Assembly: GCA_021323375.2 (NCBI GenBank)
Contig: JAJPCT020000017.1
Span: 65,970 to 129,969 of the forward strand
Reading direction: 5' to 3'
Source: Candidatus Wolframiiraptor gerlachensis
GTDB taxonomy: Archaea > Thermoproteota > Nitrososphaeria_A > Caldarchaeales > Wolframiiraptoraceae
Length of the DNA stretch: 64,000 nucleotides
This document shows positions 27,813 to 37,474 of this stretch, in pieces. The translations under genes were made by a program, and so were the position numbers. How positions within the stretch are numbered: position 1 is the first letter of the stretch; each line of letters starts with the position of its first letter. The notes under the pieces were generated by a model. It was not told the DNA's origin, ran no database searches, and saw only the letters and a program-made list of their open reading frames with translations.

Positions 27813-28875
27813 CTCTTGAGGCAAAGTAGGTCTCTAGTAGGATTATGAATAGTAGGACTGCTCTCAGGAGGGCGAGAAGCTGGGGTGGAGATCCCGGGGC
27901 TAGTGGGTTGTGCGTCTCGAACCAGAGGAGGATTATCCCGGCATTTGCGAGGTCTAGGAAGAAGTATGGTATCGGCAAACTCCCCATCACGGCTAAGAGC
28001 GGGGGAAGCCAGAGGAGCATCTGGGGCGTGAAGACATAGTTCGTTAAGAGGAAGACCGATAGCGCCATAAAAGTTCTCTGGATCAGGTCAGCGCTATCAT
28101 GCAGGTAGACCTTTAGAAGACCATAAGCCATGAGGAGCATTCCGAAAAGCTTCGCGGTATCCCATGACCCGCTGTTAGGGAAGAATATGAGATACCAGGC
28201 ATTCTCGAGGCCCCATCTAACATGATAGAGGTATGTGCCGTCTATGAAGTCTGGGTTCAGGGCCCAGAGCACGAGATTTACGGCCGCGAAGATTCCCAGC
28301 GAGATTAACGCGTATTTTACCCGATTCCTCCATCCCTCAACGTGCATGAGGATGAATGGGAGCGTGATCAGGTTTATGAGCTTGACTAGGGCTGCGGCCG
28401 AAAACGCGATGGCCGATGATATGAGTCGCCGCCTAAGTAGCAGGAAGAGGGAGAGCATGAGAAGCGATGCGAAGATCACATCATAGTTATAGACCGTGTA
28501 GAGGATCATGGATGGGCTGAGGCATAAGAGAATGAGCGCATACTCGAGGCCTATGCCCCTCTCCTCGCAGAGCCTGATAACTATCTCGAGCATGATTATG
28601 TAGAATACGAGGATTATCGCTGAGAAGATCGAATAGTAGGATATGATATTTGAGCCGAGGGACGCCGCGAGGAATGTAAGGAAGCCGGAGAGCGGCGGAT
28701 ACTCGAAGGGCGCCTCGATGTATGGTATTCTGAGGCGCGTTAACCAGCCCTCCCTATACCAGAAGGATACTATATCGGAGTAGATAGGGTTCGAGAGGCT
28801 TGGGCTATGGATTATGTAGGAGAGGATGAATGAGGCGATGCCCGCGGCGTAAACGACCTCTCTCCTTATTGACAT
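27763..28875 (-). CDS. GT-C glycosyltransferase (GT87/DUF2029-like)
   Basis: YSDI..FW, PY...PFEYPPL, NYD, VFTPQ..LW; polytopic. Confidence 0.78.
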   Translation of the reverse strand: MSIRREVVYAAGIASFILSYIIHSPSLSNPIYSDIVSFWYREGWLTRLRIPYIEAPFEYPPLSGFLTFLAASLGSNIISYYSIFSAIILVFYIIMLEIVIRLCEERGIGLEYALILLCLSPSMILYTVYNYDVIFASLLMLSLFLLLRRRLISSAIAFSAAALVKLINLITLPFILMHVEGWRNRVKYALISLGIFAAVNLVLWALNPDFIDGTYLYHVRWGLENAWYLIFFPNSGSWDTAKLFGMLLMAYGLLKVYLHDSADLIQRTFMALSVFLLTNYVFTPQMLLWLPPLLAVMGSLPIPYFFLDLANAGIILLWFETHNPLAPGSPPQLLALLRAVLLFIILLETYFASRGVQIAEKIKRVAWHRV

Positions 28876-28879
28876 GCGA

Positions 28880-30532
28880 TCACCCGGCTAATTTCTTGCT
28901 CACATATGGGCCGTCCAGCTTATATCCATGCCGGTAATAATATCTCCTGACGCCGACGCCGCTTATCACGACGATCTTCCTCGAATCTAGCTCCTCGACG
29001 CCGATCCTCTCAGCCTCTCTCAGGAGCATCGATCCGATTCCCGCATGCTGTGCAGATGAGCTCTCCGGCGGCCCGCCGACCGGGATCATCCTACCACATA
29101 CATGGAGCTCCCTAACTATAACCGCCCTCTCGAGCTCGGGCCTCAGAACCTTACATGGAAGCCTTAACCTGATAAAGCCGAACAACACATCTTTCACGGG
29201 ATCCTCATAAGAGATGAAGTGCTCGATGCCTCCTGACGCCTCATATCTTCTCACGATGATCCTGCCATCCTCCAGCCTCGCGCACACACCATCCCTGAGA
29301 AGCCTATGACCATATTCCCTACATCTTATGCACCTGCACCTGAGACCCCTCATCCTCAGCTTCTCCTCAACAACCTCCCTCAGGTTTGGTATTCTATTGC
29401 CTGCGGCCGCAAGTCTTAATGGTATCTCGCGCTGTATCCTCTGAATCCTCACATAGGGTGGCGTGAGCTCGAGCCATCTCGCGAGAAGCTCTACGAGATC
29501 CTCATCGCTATATGGCTTGTAAAGGCCGCTTCTCCATAGATCATAGAGACGGGTGCCGGGCAGGACGAGGGTCGGATAGATCTTGACCTGATCAGGCCTA
29601 AACCTCGAGTCGCTCCAGATCCTCTCATACATCTCGAGATCCTTCTCGATGCTTGATCCGGGGAGGTTTGGCATGAGATGGTAGCCGACCTTGAAGCCGA
29701 GATCCTTCAATATCTGCGTCGCCTCAACCACATCCTCGACACTATGCCCGCGGTTCACGATCTCGTATATCTCGTCATCTATCGCTTGGACGCCGAGCTC
29801 GACCCTAGTAACCCCGAGCTCGAGAAGCCTCTGAGCCTGTGGGAGCTTCGCCCAATCCGGCCTAGTCTCAACTGTTATCCCAGAGACGCGGATCGAGGGA
29901 GAATTCTCGGCCATCCTAAGGGCATCCTCAAGTGACTCGGATTCAGCGCCGTTGAAGGCGTCTAGGCACCTTTTAATGAACCACCTCTGATATCCTTGGG
30001 GGAGGGCTGTAAATGTCCCAGCTATTATTATCAGTTCAACCTTATCAACCTCATGGCCCATCCGCTTGAGCCTTTCAACCTGCGTCCGCGCCTGGAGATA
30101 TGGGTCGTAATCATGTAGCCTCGCGAGCTTAACTGTCTCCTCCTCGCCCGTATGGCTCTTCGGAGCATTCTCCCCGCCTGGACAGTATATGCAGCCGCCA
30201 TGAGGACAGGCCTTCATCGGGTTCATAATTGTTATCGTCGTGACGCCCGAGATCGTCTTCACAGGCTTCTTCATGAGAATTCTCCTAAGCTTCTCACGAA
30301 GATCCTCTGGAGCATTCTCCAAGATATCGAGGTTCGTAGGAACTCTACCGAGACCATACTCCCTGGCCACGATCCTCTTAGCCTTCTCAACGCTAATGCC
30401 CGACTCTAGGATAAGGAGTGCCGCAGCCCTACACGCCTCCCTCAGCCTGCCCTCCTCAACGAGCATCCCAGAGATCTCTATCAATGCTGGGGTAAGCCTG
30501 CCTTTAAGCCTCATGTAGAGCTGGGGTATCAT
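28880..30532 (-). CDS. elp3: tRNA uridine(34) acetyltransferase Elp3
   Basis: CPHG.CIYCPGG, ETRPD, KIYPTLV, CRCIRCRE, VRELHV, ISGVGVR.YY. Confidence 0.95.
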   Translation of the reverse strand: MIPQLYMRLKGRLTPALIEISGMLVEEGRLREACRAAALLILESGISVEKAKRIVAREYGLGRVPTNLDILENAPEDLREKLRRILMKKPVKTISGVTTITIMNPMKACPHGGCIYCPGGENAPKSHTGEEETVKLARLHDYDPYLQARTQVERLKRMGHEVDKVELIIIAGTFTALPQGYQRWFIKRCLDAFNGAESESLEDALRMAENSPSIRVSGITVETRPDWAKLPQAQRLLELGVTRVELGVQAIDDEIYEIVNRGHSVEDVVEATQILKDLGFKVGYHLMPNLPGSSIEKDLEMYERIWSDSRFRPDQVKIYPTLVLPGTRLYDLWRSGLYKPYSDEDLVELLARWLELTPPYVRIQRIQREIPLRLAAAGNRIPNLREVVEEKLRMRGLRCRCIRCREYGHRLLRDGVCARLEDGRIIVRRYEASGGIEHFISYEDPVKDVLFGFIRLRLPCKVLRPELERAVIVRELHVCGRMIPVGGPPESSSAQHAGIGSMLLREAERIGVEELDSRKIVVISGVGVRRYYYRHGYKLDGPYVSKKLAG

Positions 30533-30572
30533 TCCTAAAATATCCCGCTTAACATTCTTTCAGACCAGAGTA

Positions 30573-31682
30573 ATGCCGGAGATCTGGTTCAGATATGGTG
30601 GCACGGAGGTCTCGCTCGAGCTCCCGGATGATCTAAGCTATAAGATGCTTGAGCCGAGGGAGCTTAAGCCTGATGAAAGGCTCTGGAGGGAGCTTGGCAC
30701 GTTCGCGGATAATCTTGGGAGGGGTGCGGGGTCAAGGGGCTTTACAATCCTATATGATCATTCAGGCGACAAGATGTCCCTAGTAATCCTGAGACATCTA
30801 ATCGAGTCGCTTGAACAATATTCTGATAGGATCAGGGTTCTAGTATCCGGCTGGAGACTTGATCCATCCGAGGGGTGGGAGGATGCGAGGAGGGGGCTGA
30901 AGGAGTATGATGTAAGAGCCGAGATCATTAACGTGAGGGGCCGTGAAATGGTGGAGCACTCCGGGATGAAGATCGTGGAAGATCTACTGGACAACTCTGT
31001 AAAGATCATCCTCACGGCCTCAGAACCCCATGGATTGTTCGGTAAGGCATCGCTCCGAGAAGCCCTAGCATTTGGGGGGTTCGCGGAGATCGGCTTTTCC
31101 GAGGACTTACAAGCGGATATCTTGACGGTGTGGAGTCGGCTGATTGAGGAGCTGAGGCCCTGGGCCATCACCATGCTCAATGACCGCATCTACATGGGTG
31201 ACGCGGAGGATGTCGCAAAGAGGGTCTATAATGCAGGATGCGAGGAGGCTGTCAGCGATTTCGAGATAGTCTTGGCAGGCTGCGGTGGAAGGCCCCGGGA
31301 CACATCGTTCCAGCTCATCGCCCACGTCATCGGGCTCCTGAGGGACACTGTGGTGGATGATGGGCTGATAGGACTGATAGCGGAGTGTAGCCGCGGCCTC
31401 GGATCAAAATCGTTCATGGAGGCTGTTCTCGGCGGTGGCGGGACCCCGCTCGACCGCGCCCTAGTGAGGATGATTCGGGAGACCTCCACTAGTAAGAAGA
31501 TCGCCCTAGCAACAACCCTCCCAAGAAGCGTCATGAAAAAGCTCTTCGATATAAGATGCTTCGACACGCCGGAGGAGATGCTAACCTATGCTCTAAGGAG
31601 GTACACGAGAGGAGCGCGCATCCTGATATTGGAGAGACCACATGTCAAGCCTGTTAGAAGTAGTATGCAGGGACAAAGCTGA
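30573..31682 (+). CDS. Lactate racemase (LarA/DUF2088)-like protein, divergent
   Basis: W.RYG.TEV N-terminus, GCGG.PRD, LIAECSRGLGS; catalytic His/Lys not evident. Confidence 0.6.
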   Translation: MPEIWFRYGGTEVSLELPDDLSYKMLEPRELKPDERLWRELGTFADNLGRGAGSRGFTILYDHSGDKMSLVILRHLIESLEQYSDRIRVLVSGWRLDPSEGWEDARRGLKEYDVRAEIINVRGREMVEHSGMKIVEDLLDNSVKIILTASEPHGLFGKASLREALAFGGFAEIGFSEDLQADILTVWSRLIEELRPWAITMLNDRIYMGDAEDVAKRVYNAGCEEAVSDFEIVLAGCGGRPRDTSFQLIAHVIGLLRDTVVDDGLIGLIAECSRGLGSKSFMEAVLGGGGTPLDRALVRMIRETSTSKKIALATTLPRSVMKKLFDIRCFDTPEEMLTYALRRYTRGARILILERPHVKPVRSSMQGQS

Positions 31683-32757
31683 GGGCAATCACTATCAGAA
31701 CTGCGGTGAATAGAAGCTTCCTCCCCCTCGAGAGGGGCGAGATATCGTCGAGAGGGGGTACATCGGGCGCCCGGGACATTAATAGGAGGAAGAGGATCGC
31801 AATGAAGAAGTACCCCATTATCGCTAGGAACGCAAGTGATGCATAGCTGGCGATCCTATGCTGCCTCGGCGTGAGAAGGCTTCTGAAGATCTTGGAGCCA
31901 TCCAGCTGCCAAATGGGTAGGAGGTTGAGAGCCGTGACCAAGAAGCCGAGCCACGCTGCAAAGCTGGCTGTCCCCGCCATGAGTGGAATCTTCCCAGGGA
32001 CCGCGAACAGGAATATTATCAGATTCATCATCAGAGGTGCTGGTAGGAAGCCTCCTCCCAGCCTCCTGATCTCATTGACTATCACTTCGTACTCGGCCTC
32101 TGTTAGCCAGATAGTCTGGGTCTTCACAACGAATAATGTTACCAAGACGCTGAGGATGAAGCTCATGAGGGGGCCGCTTATCCCGAGATCAAACATGTCA
32201 TCCCTGTTGATTATCGGCTCCTTCTGGAAGATTACGGCGCCGAATGTCGGTAGCATGCCGGGTATCCCTGGGATGAAGTATGGGAGCGTGGCCTCCATCC
32301 CACTCTTCTTAGCTGATATGAGGTGGCCAAGCTCATGCAGCCCTATAATTAGTATTAGGAAAACCGTGAAGAGGGATGCATCGAGGAATTTATCGAGGAG
32401 GCTTCTTTCGCCGAATATGATCTCGTAGCCCGGGGATGACGCCCTGATGAAGCCGTCGGCGAGGATTACCGCCAGCGTGGCGATGAACAGGATTAGCGGG
32501 AGGTTTCTATACCGCATCCAGCCCAATGCCGGCTCATAATACTTGAATATTCTTATCGTGATCCTGCCATTTTGCAGTCGAGCCGCCGGGACATAGCCGA
32601 GCCTCTTCAGATCCTTATAAAGTCCCCGGAACCTTTCCTTGATATCCCTCTCTGCGACTAGGAATGTGAGGAAGCCGGCCTCATAAAATATATCCTCAAT
32701 TGTGAAGTGCTCGGAGACGATCTTCTTTATCTCCTCTAGCTCGCCATAATACTCCAA
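31654..32757 (-). CDS. Site-2 protease (M50)
   Basis: HELGH, SGPL, NLLPIWQLDG. Confidence 0.92.
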   Translation of the reverse strand: MEYYGELEEIKKIVSEHFTIEDIFYEAGFLTFLVAERDIKERFRGLYKDLKRLGYVPAARLQNGRITIRIFKYYEPALGWMRYRNLPLILFIATLAVILADGFIRASSPGYEIIFGERSLLDKFLDASLFTVFLILIIGLHELGHLISAKKSGMEATLPYFIPGIPGMLPTFGAVIFQKEPIINRDDMFDLGISGPLMSFILSVLVTLFVVKTQTIWLTEAEYEVIVNEIRRLGGGFLPAPLMMNLIIFLFAVPGKIPLMAGTASFAAWLGFLVTALNLLPIWQLDGSKIFRSLLTPRQHRIASYASLAFLAIMGYFFIAILFLLLMSRAPDVPPLDDISPLSRGRKLLFTAVLIVIALSFVPAYYF

Positions 32758-32853
32758 GACTGCTCTCGTCCGAAGATCCTGATAGGCGATTTTAATAGTT
32801 TCCGAGCTCTCAGGCGGCCGAAGAAATATATTCGGAGAGTATCCACTCTTGTC

Positions 32854-33402
32854 ATGGCGTTCAGCGATAGGGTTTGTAGGTATTTTGAGAGACCTGGGTC
32901 CGCGAATACCGAGGCAGTTATAGAGGCTGTTTCTAGGAGGCTTGAGGAGGGGGATGTTCGGAGTGTTGTCGTCGCGAGCACCTCAGGCAGGACCGGGCTC
33001 AAGTTCGCCGAGAAGCTCCATGAAAAGGCGCGGATCATAGTTGTCTCATACGAGAAGATCCCGCCCAAGATCAGGGAGGACATAACAAGCCTTGGGGGGG
33101 TTGTCGTGGATAATGTGGGCCTCCCCCTGCACAGACGCGGAATGGACAAGATAAGGAATACCTTCTATGTGCTGGGTCAGGGGTTTAAGGTTGCCGTCGA
33201 GGTGATCTTGATAGCTGTTGATGAGGGGGTTCTGAAGATGGGCCAGGTGGTTATAGGCGTGGGGGGAACAGCCCACGGAGCGGACACCGCGATAGTCGCT
33301 AAAGCATCATCCTCGAGGGAGATGCTCGGCTCAGAGATCAGGCGTAGGCTCGAGGTCAGGGAGATAATAGCTATGCCGGTAAGGAAGAAGTGGTGGGAGT
33401 AA
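32854..33402 (+). CDS. Pyruvate-kinase alpha/beta-domain protein (MTH1675-like)
   Basis: YFERPG..NT, VVASTSG.TG, GQGFKVAVEV, GGT..GADTA. Confidence 0.85.
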   Translation: MAFSDRVCRYFERPGSANTEAVIEAVSRRLEEGDVRSVVVASTSGRTGLKFAEKLHEKARIIVVSYEKIPPKIREDITSLGGVVVDNVGLPLHRRGMDKIRNTFYVLGQGFKVAVEVILIAVDEGVLKMGQVVIGVGGTAHGADTAIVAKASSSREMLGSEIRRRLEVREIIAMPVRKKWWE

Positions 33403-33458
33403 GGGAGAGGATAAAAGGGACTACATCTTACTCATTAATCTTAGAGGCAGGCTGGGGC

Positions 33459-33959
33459 ATGGTGATTGATGATAAGGGGCAGATTGTGCAGATTAGACAA
33501 GCTTCTCCAGCTGATCTACTTCGTGTGATGATGATAAACAGGATATGCCTGCCCGAGAACTATACCTACTCCTTCTTCGACTCCATCCTCCAGAGTTACC
33601 CTAAGACCTTCTTGGTGGCGGAGGTTAACGGGGATGTCGTCGGCTATGTGATGTGTAGAGTTGAACACGGCCTCTCAAAGCTCGATAGGCTAAGCATGAA
33701 AAGGCTAGGCCACATAATCTCCATAGCCGTCCTCCCCGATTACAGGAGGATGGGGATCGCGACCATGCTATTATCCAAGGCGCTGGAGATACTCAGGGAT
33801 GAATACAAGTGCTCGGAAGCATTCCTCGAGGTTAGAGTCTCAAATCACCCGGCCATCTCCCTCTATCATAAGCTCGGATTCGAGATAGTCAAGATTTCGA
33901 AGGGATACTATATTGATGGGGAGGATGCCTACGTGATGGCGCGTGTGCTCACTAAGTAG
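33459..33959 (+). CDS. rimI: N-terminal acetyltransferase (Ard1/RimI)
   Basis: INRICLPENY, GHIISIAV...YRRMGIA, LEVRVSN, YY.DGEDA. Confidence 0.93.
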   Translation: MVIDDKGQIVQIRQASPADLLRVMMINRICLPENYTYSFFDSILQSYPKTFLVAEVNGDVVGYVMCRVEHGLSKLDRLSMKRLGHIISIAVLPDYRRMGIATMLLSKALEILRDEYKCSEAFLEVRVSNHPAISLYHKLGFEIVKISKGYYIDGEDAYVMARVLTK

Positions 33960-34711
33960 TCTGACTTGAGAAGAGCTTTTACAACTTTTACTTTCTACTT
34001 TCCTTATCTCCCTCCAAAATGCTTTTAATATTCCCCTTTTACCTCAGCTGTCTCAAAGTAGTATTCTTTTAATGTTTCTTCTGCGATCTCCAAGATAATG
34101 CATCTCCACCTTACTCTTGCCATGTATATCTTGTTCTGACGAATCCATGAGATAGATGTTCTCCTCCGATATGGCCAGTATCCTGAACTCCATCCTCTCC
34201 ATCCTCTTTAATCCGTCCGCGATCTCCTTGCTCAATCTTGTTGTCTCCCCGCTATCAAGCCCATTTCCAGAACCGTTTTCTATACTCCTCACATATCACC
34301 TGAACAATCTTTCCATCCACTATGACTGCGTATCCCTTAAGCCTCTTTGTAAGGGCTATAAGCCCTCCACACAAATCATAGGCTCCCTCATACTTCTCAA
34401 TATGCAGAACCTCCTTGAGCCTGCCCTTCCTATCAACCGTTGTAACTGTAAGGGGGCTTGAGGCGAGCTCCTGAGCCTGAGGTTCAATTTCTCAGGAGGC
34501 TTCATTTTCGGGATGGTCCTTAATGAATAAAAGAGTGTCTCTATCAGGGATATGTGGGGATGTGATTGCTTGGGGTTCTAGCTAGATTGTTTGTCCTCGA
34601 GAATCTTGCCAGGATTAATAATTTCGCCAATACATTTGGGAGAGATGTCGGAGAATCCACGATGAGGGCGCTATGAAACGGGCTCAAGAGCCTGCTGGGG
34701 ATGGCTGGAGG

Positions 34712-35977
34712 ATGAGGAGGACGTGTGTGGTGGAGTTAATAGTTGATGAGGGGGCTGAGAGGAGGCTGAGGCAATTATGCGAACTTTCGTCGAAGTTATG
34801 GGATGAGGTTAATTATGCTAGGCTGAGGATGTTCCTTGAGAGAAAGTATGTCGACTTTAAAGGAACGTATAAGGAGTTCTATGAGAAGTATAGGCCGGTA
34901 ATCGGTTCGGCTACGGTTCAACAAGTGTTAAACAGGAACAATGATATATGGAGAGGCTTTTTCAGGCTTCTAAGATTGAAGAAGAAGGGAAAGCTATCAC
35001 CATCCATAACTGGTGCTAGTCCGCCGGGATCTAAGAAGAGGAATAAACCTAGGATGTTATGGGCTGTTTTAAGGAAGGACCAATACAAGATAGACAGTGA
35101 CAGGATTATCCTCATGGGTCTCGGTGCGATCGGCTGGATAGAAGTGGGCTACAAGGGCTTGATACGTTTGAGGAGTGAGCGAGGAGAGCTTAGGATATGC
35201 TATGATGTCGATAGGGGAAATGGTATGCCCACATATCGCTCGAGGTCTCCGAGAAGGCTGTTAGGGAAGGATGGAAACCGGTGCCGCAACAGCCGAAGGG
35301 TAATCTAGTCGCAGGTATGGATATTAGGAATAAACAATTTAATGGCAATCTACGTCGAAAATGGTTTAAGGAAGCTCATTAATGGTAGGCCGTTGAAGGC
35401 GATCTCGCATTACTGGAGGATGAGGATAGCCGAGTATCAGTCAATGTTGAATGGGTATGGCTTGAAGACCTCCAAAAGGCTTAGGCTGATGTACTCAAAA
35501 TGGAGGAGGCAGGCAAGAGATTATATAGATTATATAAATGCTAAGGTGAGGCAGGCTGTAGAGTGGCTCTATGATATCGGAGTTTCTACGATTAAAGTCG
35601 GCTACCGAGGAACATCATACATGAGAACGGTAACTTCGAGAATGTCCGAGTCTGGCATTATGGATACCTCCTACGGAGAATCATCGATAGTCGCAGAAGA
35701 ATATGGAATAAAGGCGATCCTCGTTAACGATGCGGACACGTCGTCAAAATGTCCAATACATGGAGATGGTGATGGGTGCGGCGCTAGGATTAGTAGGGGG
35801 CTATTCAGGTGCACGAGGCTAAACAAGGTCTTCAACGCAGACCTTGCAGCGGCATATAGTAAACTGATGACGCCGATAACCCCGAGCCCCGAAAGGGGTA
35901 GGGGTAATGGGCCGGAGACCTGGCCCGGGATTAAACCCTCGAAAAGAGGTGATGTAATCCCAAACCTTCTCACCTAA
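34712..35977 (+). pseudogene. tnpB: TnpB RNA-guided nuclease, multiple frameshifts
   Basis: LW.EVNYAR, W..FF.L, LR.DQY, AGMDI (in an alternate frame), EEYGI, TSSKCP.HG, RGLFRC, NADL; frameshifts near 35215, 35330, 35607, 35685. Confidence 0.88.
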
Positions 35978-36008
35978 GGGGTAAATTCCCTTAGGTGAGA
36001 AGGAGGTC
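35870..36008 (+). ncRNA. TnpB right-end (omega/reRNA) scaffold
   Basis: Hairpins CCCCGAAAGGGG, GGGCC..GGCCC, GGGATT..AATCCC and a perfect 16-bp IR at 35965-36003. Confidence 0.65.
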
Positions 36009-36382
36009 TTGTGATGGCGAGAAGGCTCCAATGTCCACAGAACTATCCCATAGTGTGAGCAGCTCTATAGTAAAAGCTGGAAAAACCGATTGTGAAAACA
36101 TTAGATCCCAAATTAAGAAGTTCTCCAACTCAGAAAAATTCCACCGGTTATAAGGGCTTAATGGCACCCCAACCCTCATAACCCCCACATTTTCATTTTC
36201 ATTAAGCCTCATTGGGAATTATACCGGAGAACCTTTTTATCGTGATATTTGGAGAAAAACGAATTTAAAAAACTAGATTGAGCTCTATTAAGAAAGAATG
36301 AGGCACCATGATTTGTGGGGGTTTGAGGGAAAGCTTCTCTTGTTATGGTTAAAGATTTTTCGTCTCTTTTAGGAACTTAATT

Positions 36383-36691
36383 TTATGGAAATAATCCTCC
36401 GGTCTTCACTTTTATAAGGAGCACACTTACTTCATTCGGCTCGGCCGAGATCTCATCGCTGAACCTGATCCTCCCCGTTATCCTATTGAAGTGCGCAAAC
36501 TTCTCCCTAGGAACCTTGTCAAGCCTAGTAAAGTAGATCACGGGCGCTAGGGAGGCTATGGGCATTAGAAACGTGAACGCTATCTTGCGCTCCTCATCCA
36601 CATTGATCATCGAGACATGTAATGTGGAGGCAACGCGTATAAGCTCCTCTATTCCCAACACCTCTATACGGAGCGGCTCAGCCTCGCTCAT
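36383..36691 (-). CDS. Hypothetical protein (conserved TACK-type small protein)
   Basis: 102 aa; co-oriented directly after the nucleotidyltransferase. Confidence 0.7.
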   Translation of the reverse strand: MSEAEPLRIEVLGIEELIRVASTLHVSMINVDEERKIAFTFLMPIASLAPVIYFTRLDKVPREKFAHFNRITGRIRFSDEISAEPNEVSVLLIKVKTGGLFP

Positions 36692-36714
36692 CGAGGATTA
36701 TTGGCTCTAGGCCC

Positions 36715-37422
36715 CTAATATCCCTTAAAGATGCTAAGGTTTGGAATTATCTTCGAGGCCTCCTCAAGGTCCTTATGACTATCTATGCTGAGCCACGTGC
36801 AGTTATCATAGGGATAGGCTCTCAGCAGGCCCCGCTCCGCTAAAACGGGCAGGGTGATCCTCTCCATATTCCCCTCGTCTGGCAAATAATCGAAAATCGC
36901 GGGTCTCATAGCATAGATCCCGGCATTAATCCAGTAATCTCTTATCCTCGGCTTCTCAGCGAAATGGATTATTCTCCATGTGTCATGATCAAACTGTACT
37001 ATACCATATGGTGATGGAAGGGGTATTAGAGCGATAACGGCGATGTAGCCATCAATAAGTGCATCAACGAGCTTAAGCGGGTTTAGATCGGTCAGCACAT
37101 CGCCATTAACCAGCAGGAAAAGATCCTCATCCTCGAGAAGGCGCCGCGCATTCTTTAATGCGCCGCCCGTCCCCAAAGGCCTCTCCTCAAACGCGTACTC
37201 GATCTTAACGCCGTATCTCGATCCATCTCCAAGCCTCTCCACGATCCTCTCCTTCAGATAGCCAGCGCATACCACTATCTCACTAATACCGTGGTGCTTC
37301 AACCAGCTTATCTGCCATTCAATTATCCCCTTATCACCGATTGACAGGAGGGGCTTTGGGATGGTCTCGGTAAGGGGTCTGAGCCTCTTACCATACCCCC
37401 CGGCAAGGATCGCAGCTCTCAT
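36715..37422 (-). CDS. Nucleotidyltransferase (NDP-sugar synthase family)
   Basis: ILAGGYGKRLRPLT..PKPL, LGTGG, NGD, INAGIY. Confidence 0.92.
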   Translation of the reverse strand: MRAAILAGGYGKRLRPLTETIPKPLLSIGDKGIIEWQISWLKHHGISEIVVCAGYLKERIVERLGDGSRYGVKIEYAFEERPLGTGGALKNARRLLEDEDLFLLVNGDVLTDLNPLKLVDALIDGYIAVIALIPLPSPYGIVQFDHDTWRIIHFAEKPRIRDYWINAGIYAMRPAIFDYLPDEGNMERITLPVLAERGLLRAYPYDNCTWLSIDSHKDLEEASKIIPNLSIFKGY

Positions 37423-37474
37423 TCAATTAATTCTTTCATTATAACCGCACTATAATTGTTGCGAATGCATATGT

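Larger units (their letters stand above)
34620..36008 (+). mobile_element. IS200/IS605-family (IS1341-type) element, degenerate
   Basis: Frameshifted tnpB with no tnpA; hairpinned right end terminating GGAGGTC; left boundary approximate. Confidence 0.75.

Noticed and set aside
34053-34500. Short minus-strand ORFs next to TnpB (TTVDRKGRL is AbrB-like)
   Set aside because: Fragmentary with no coherent start; cannot support a gene call
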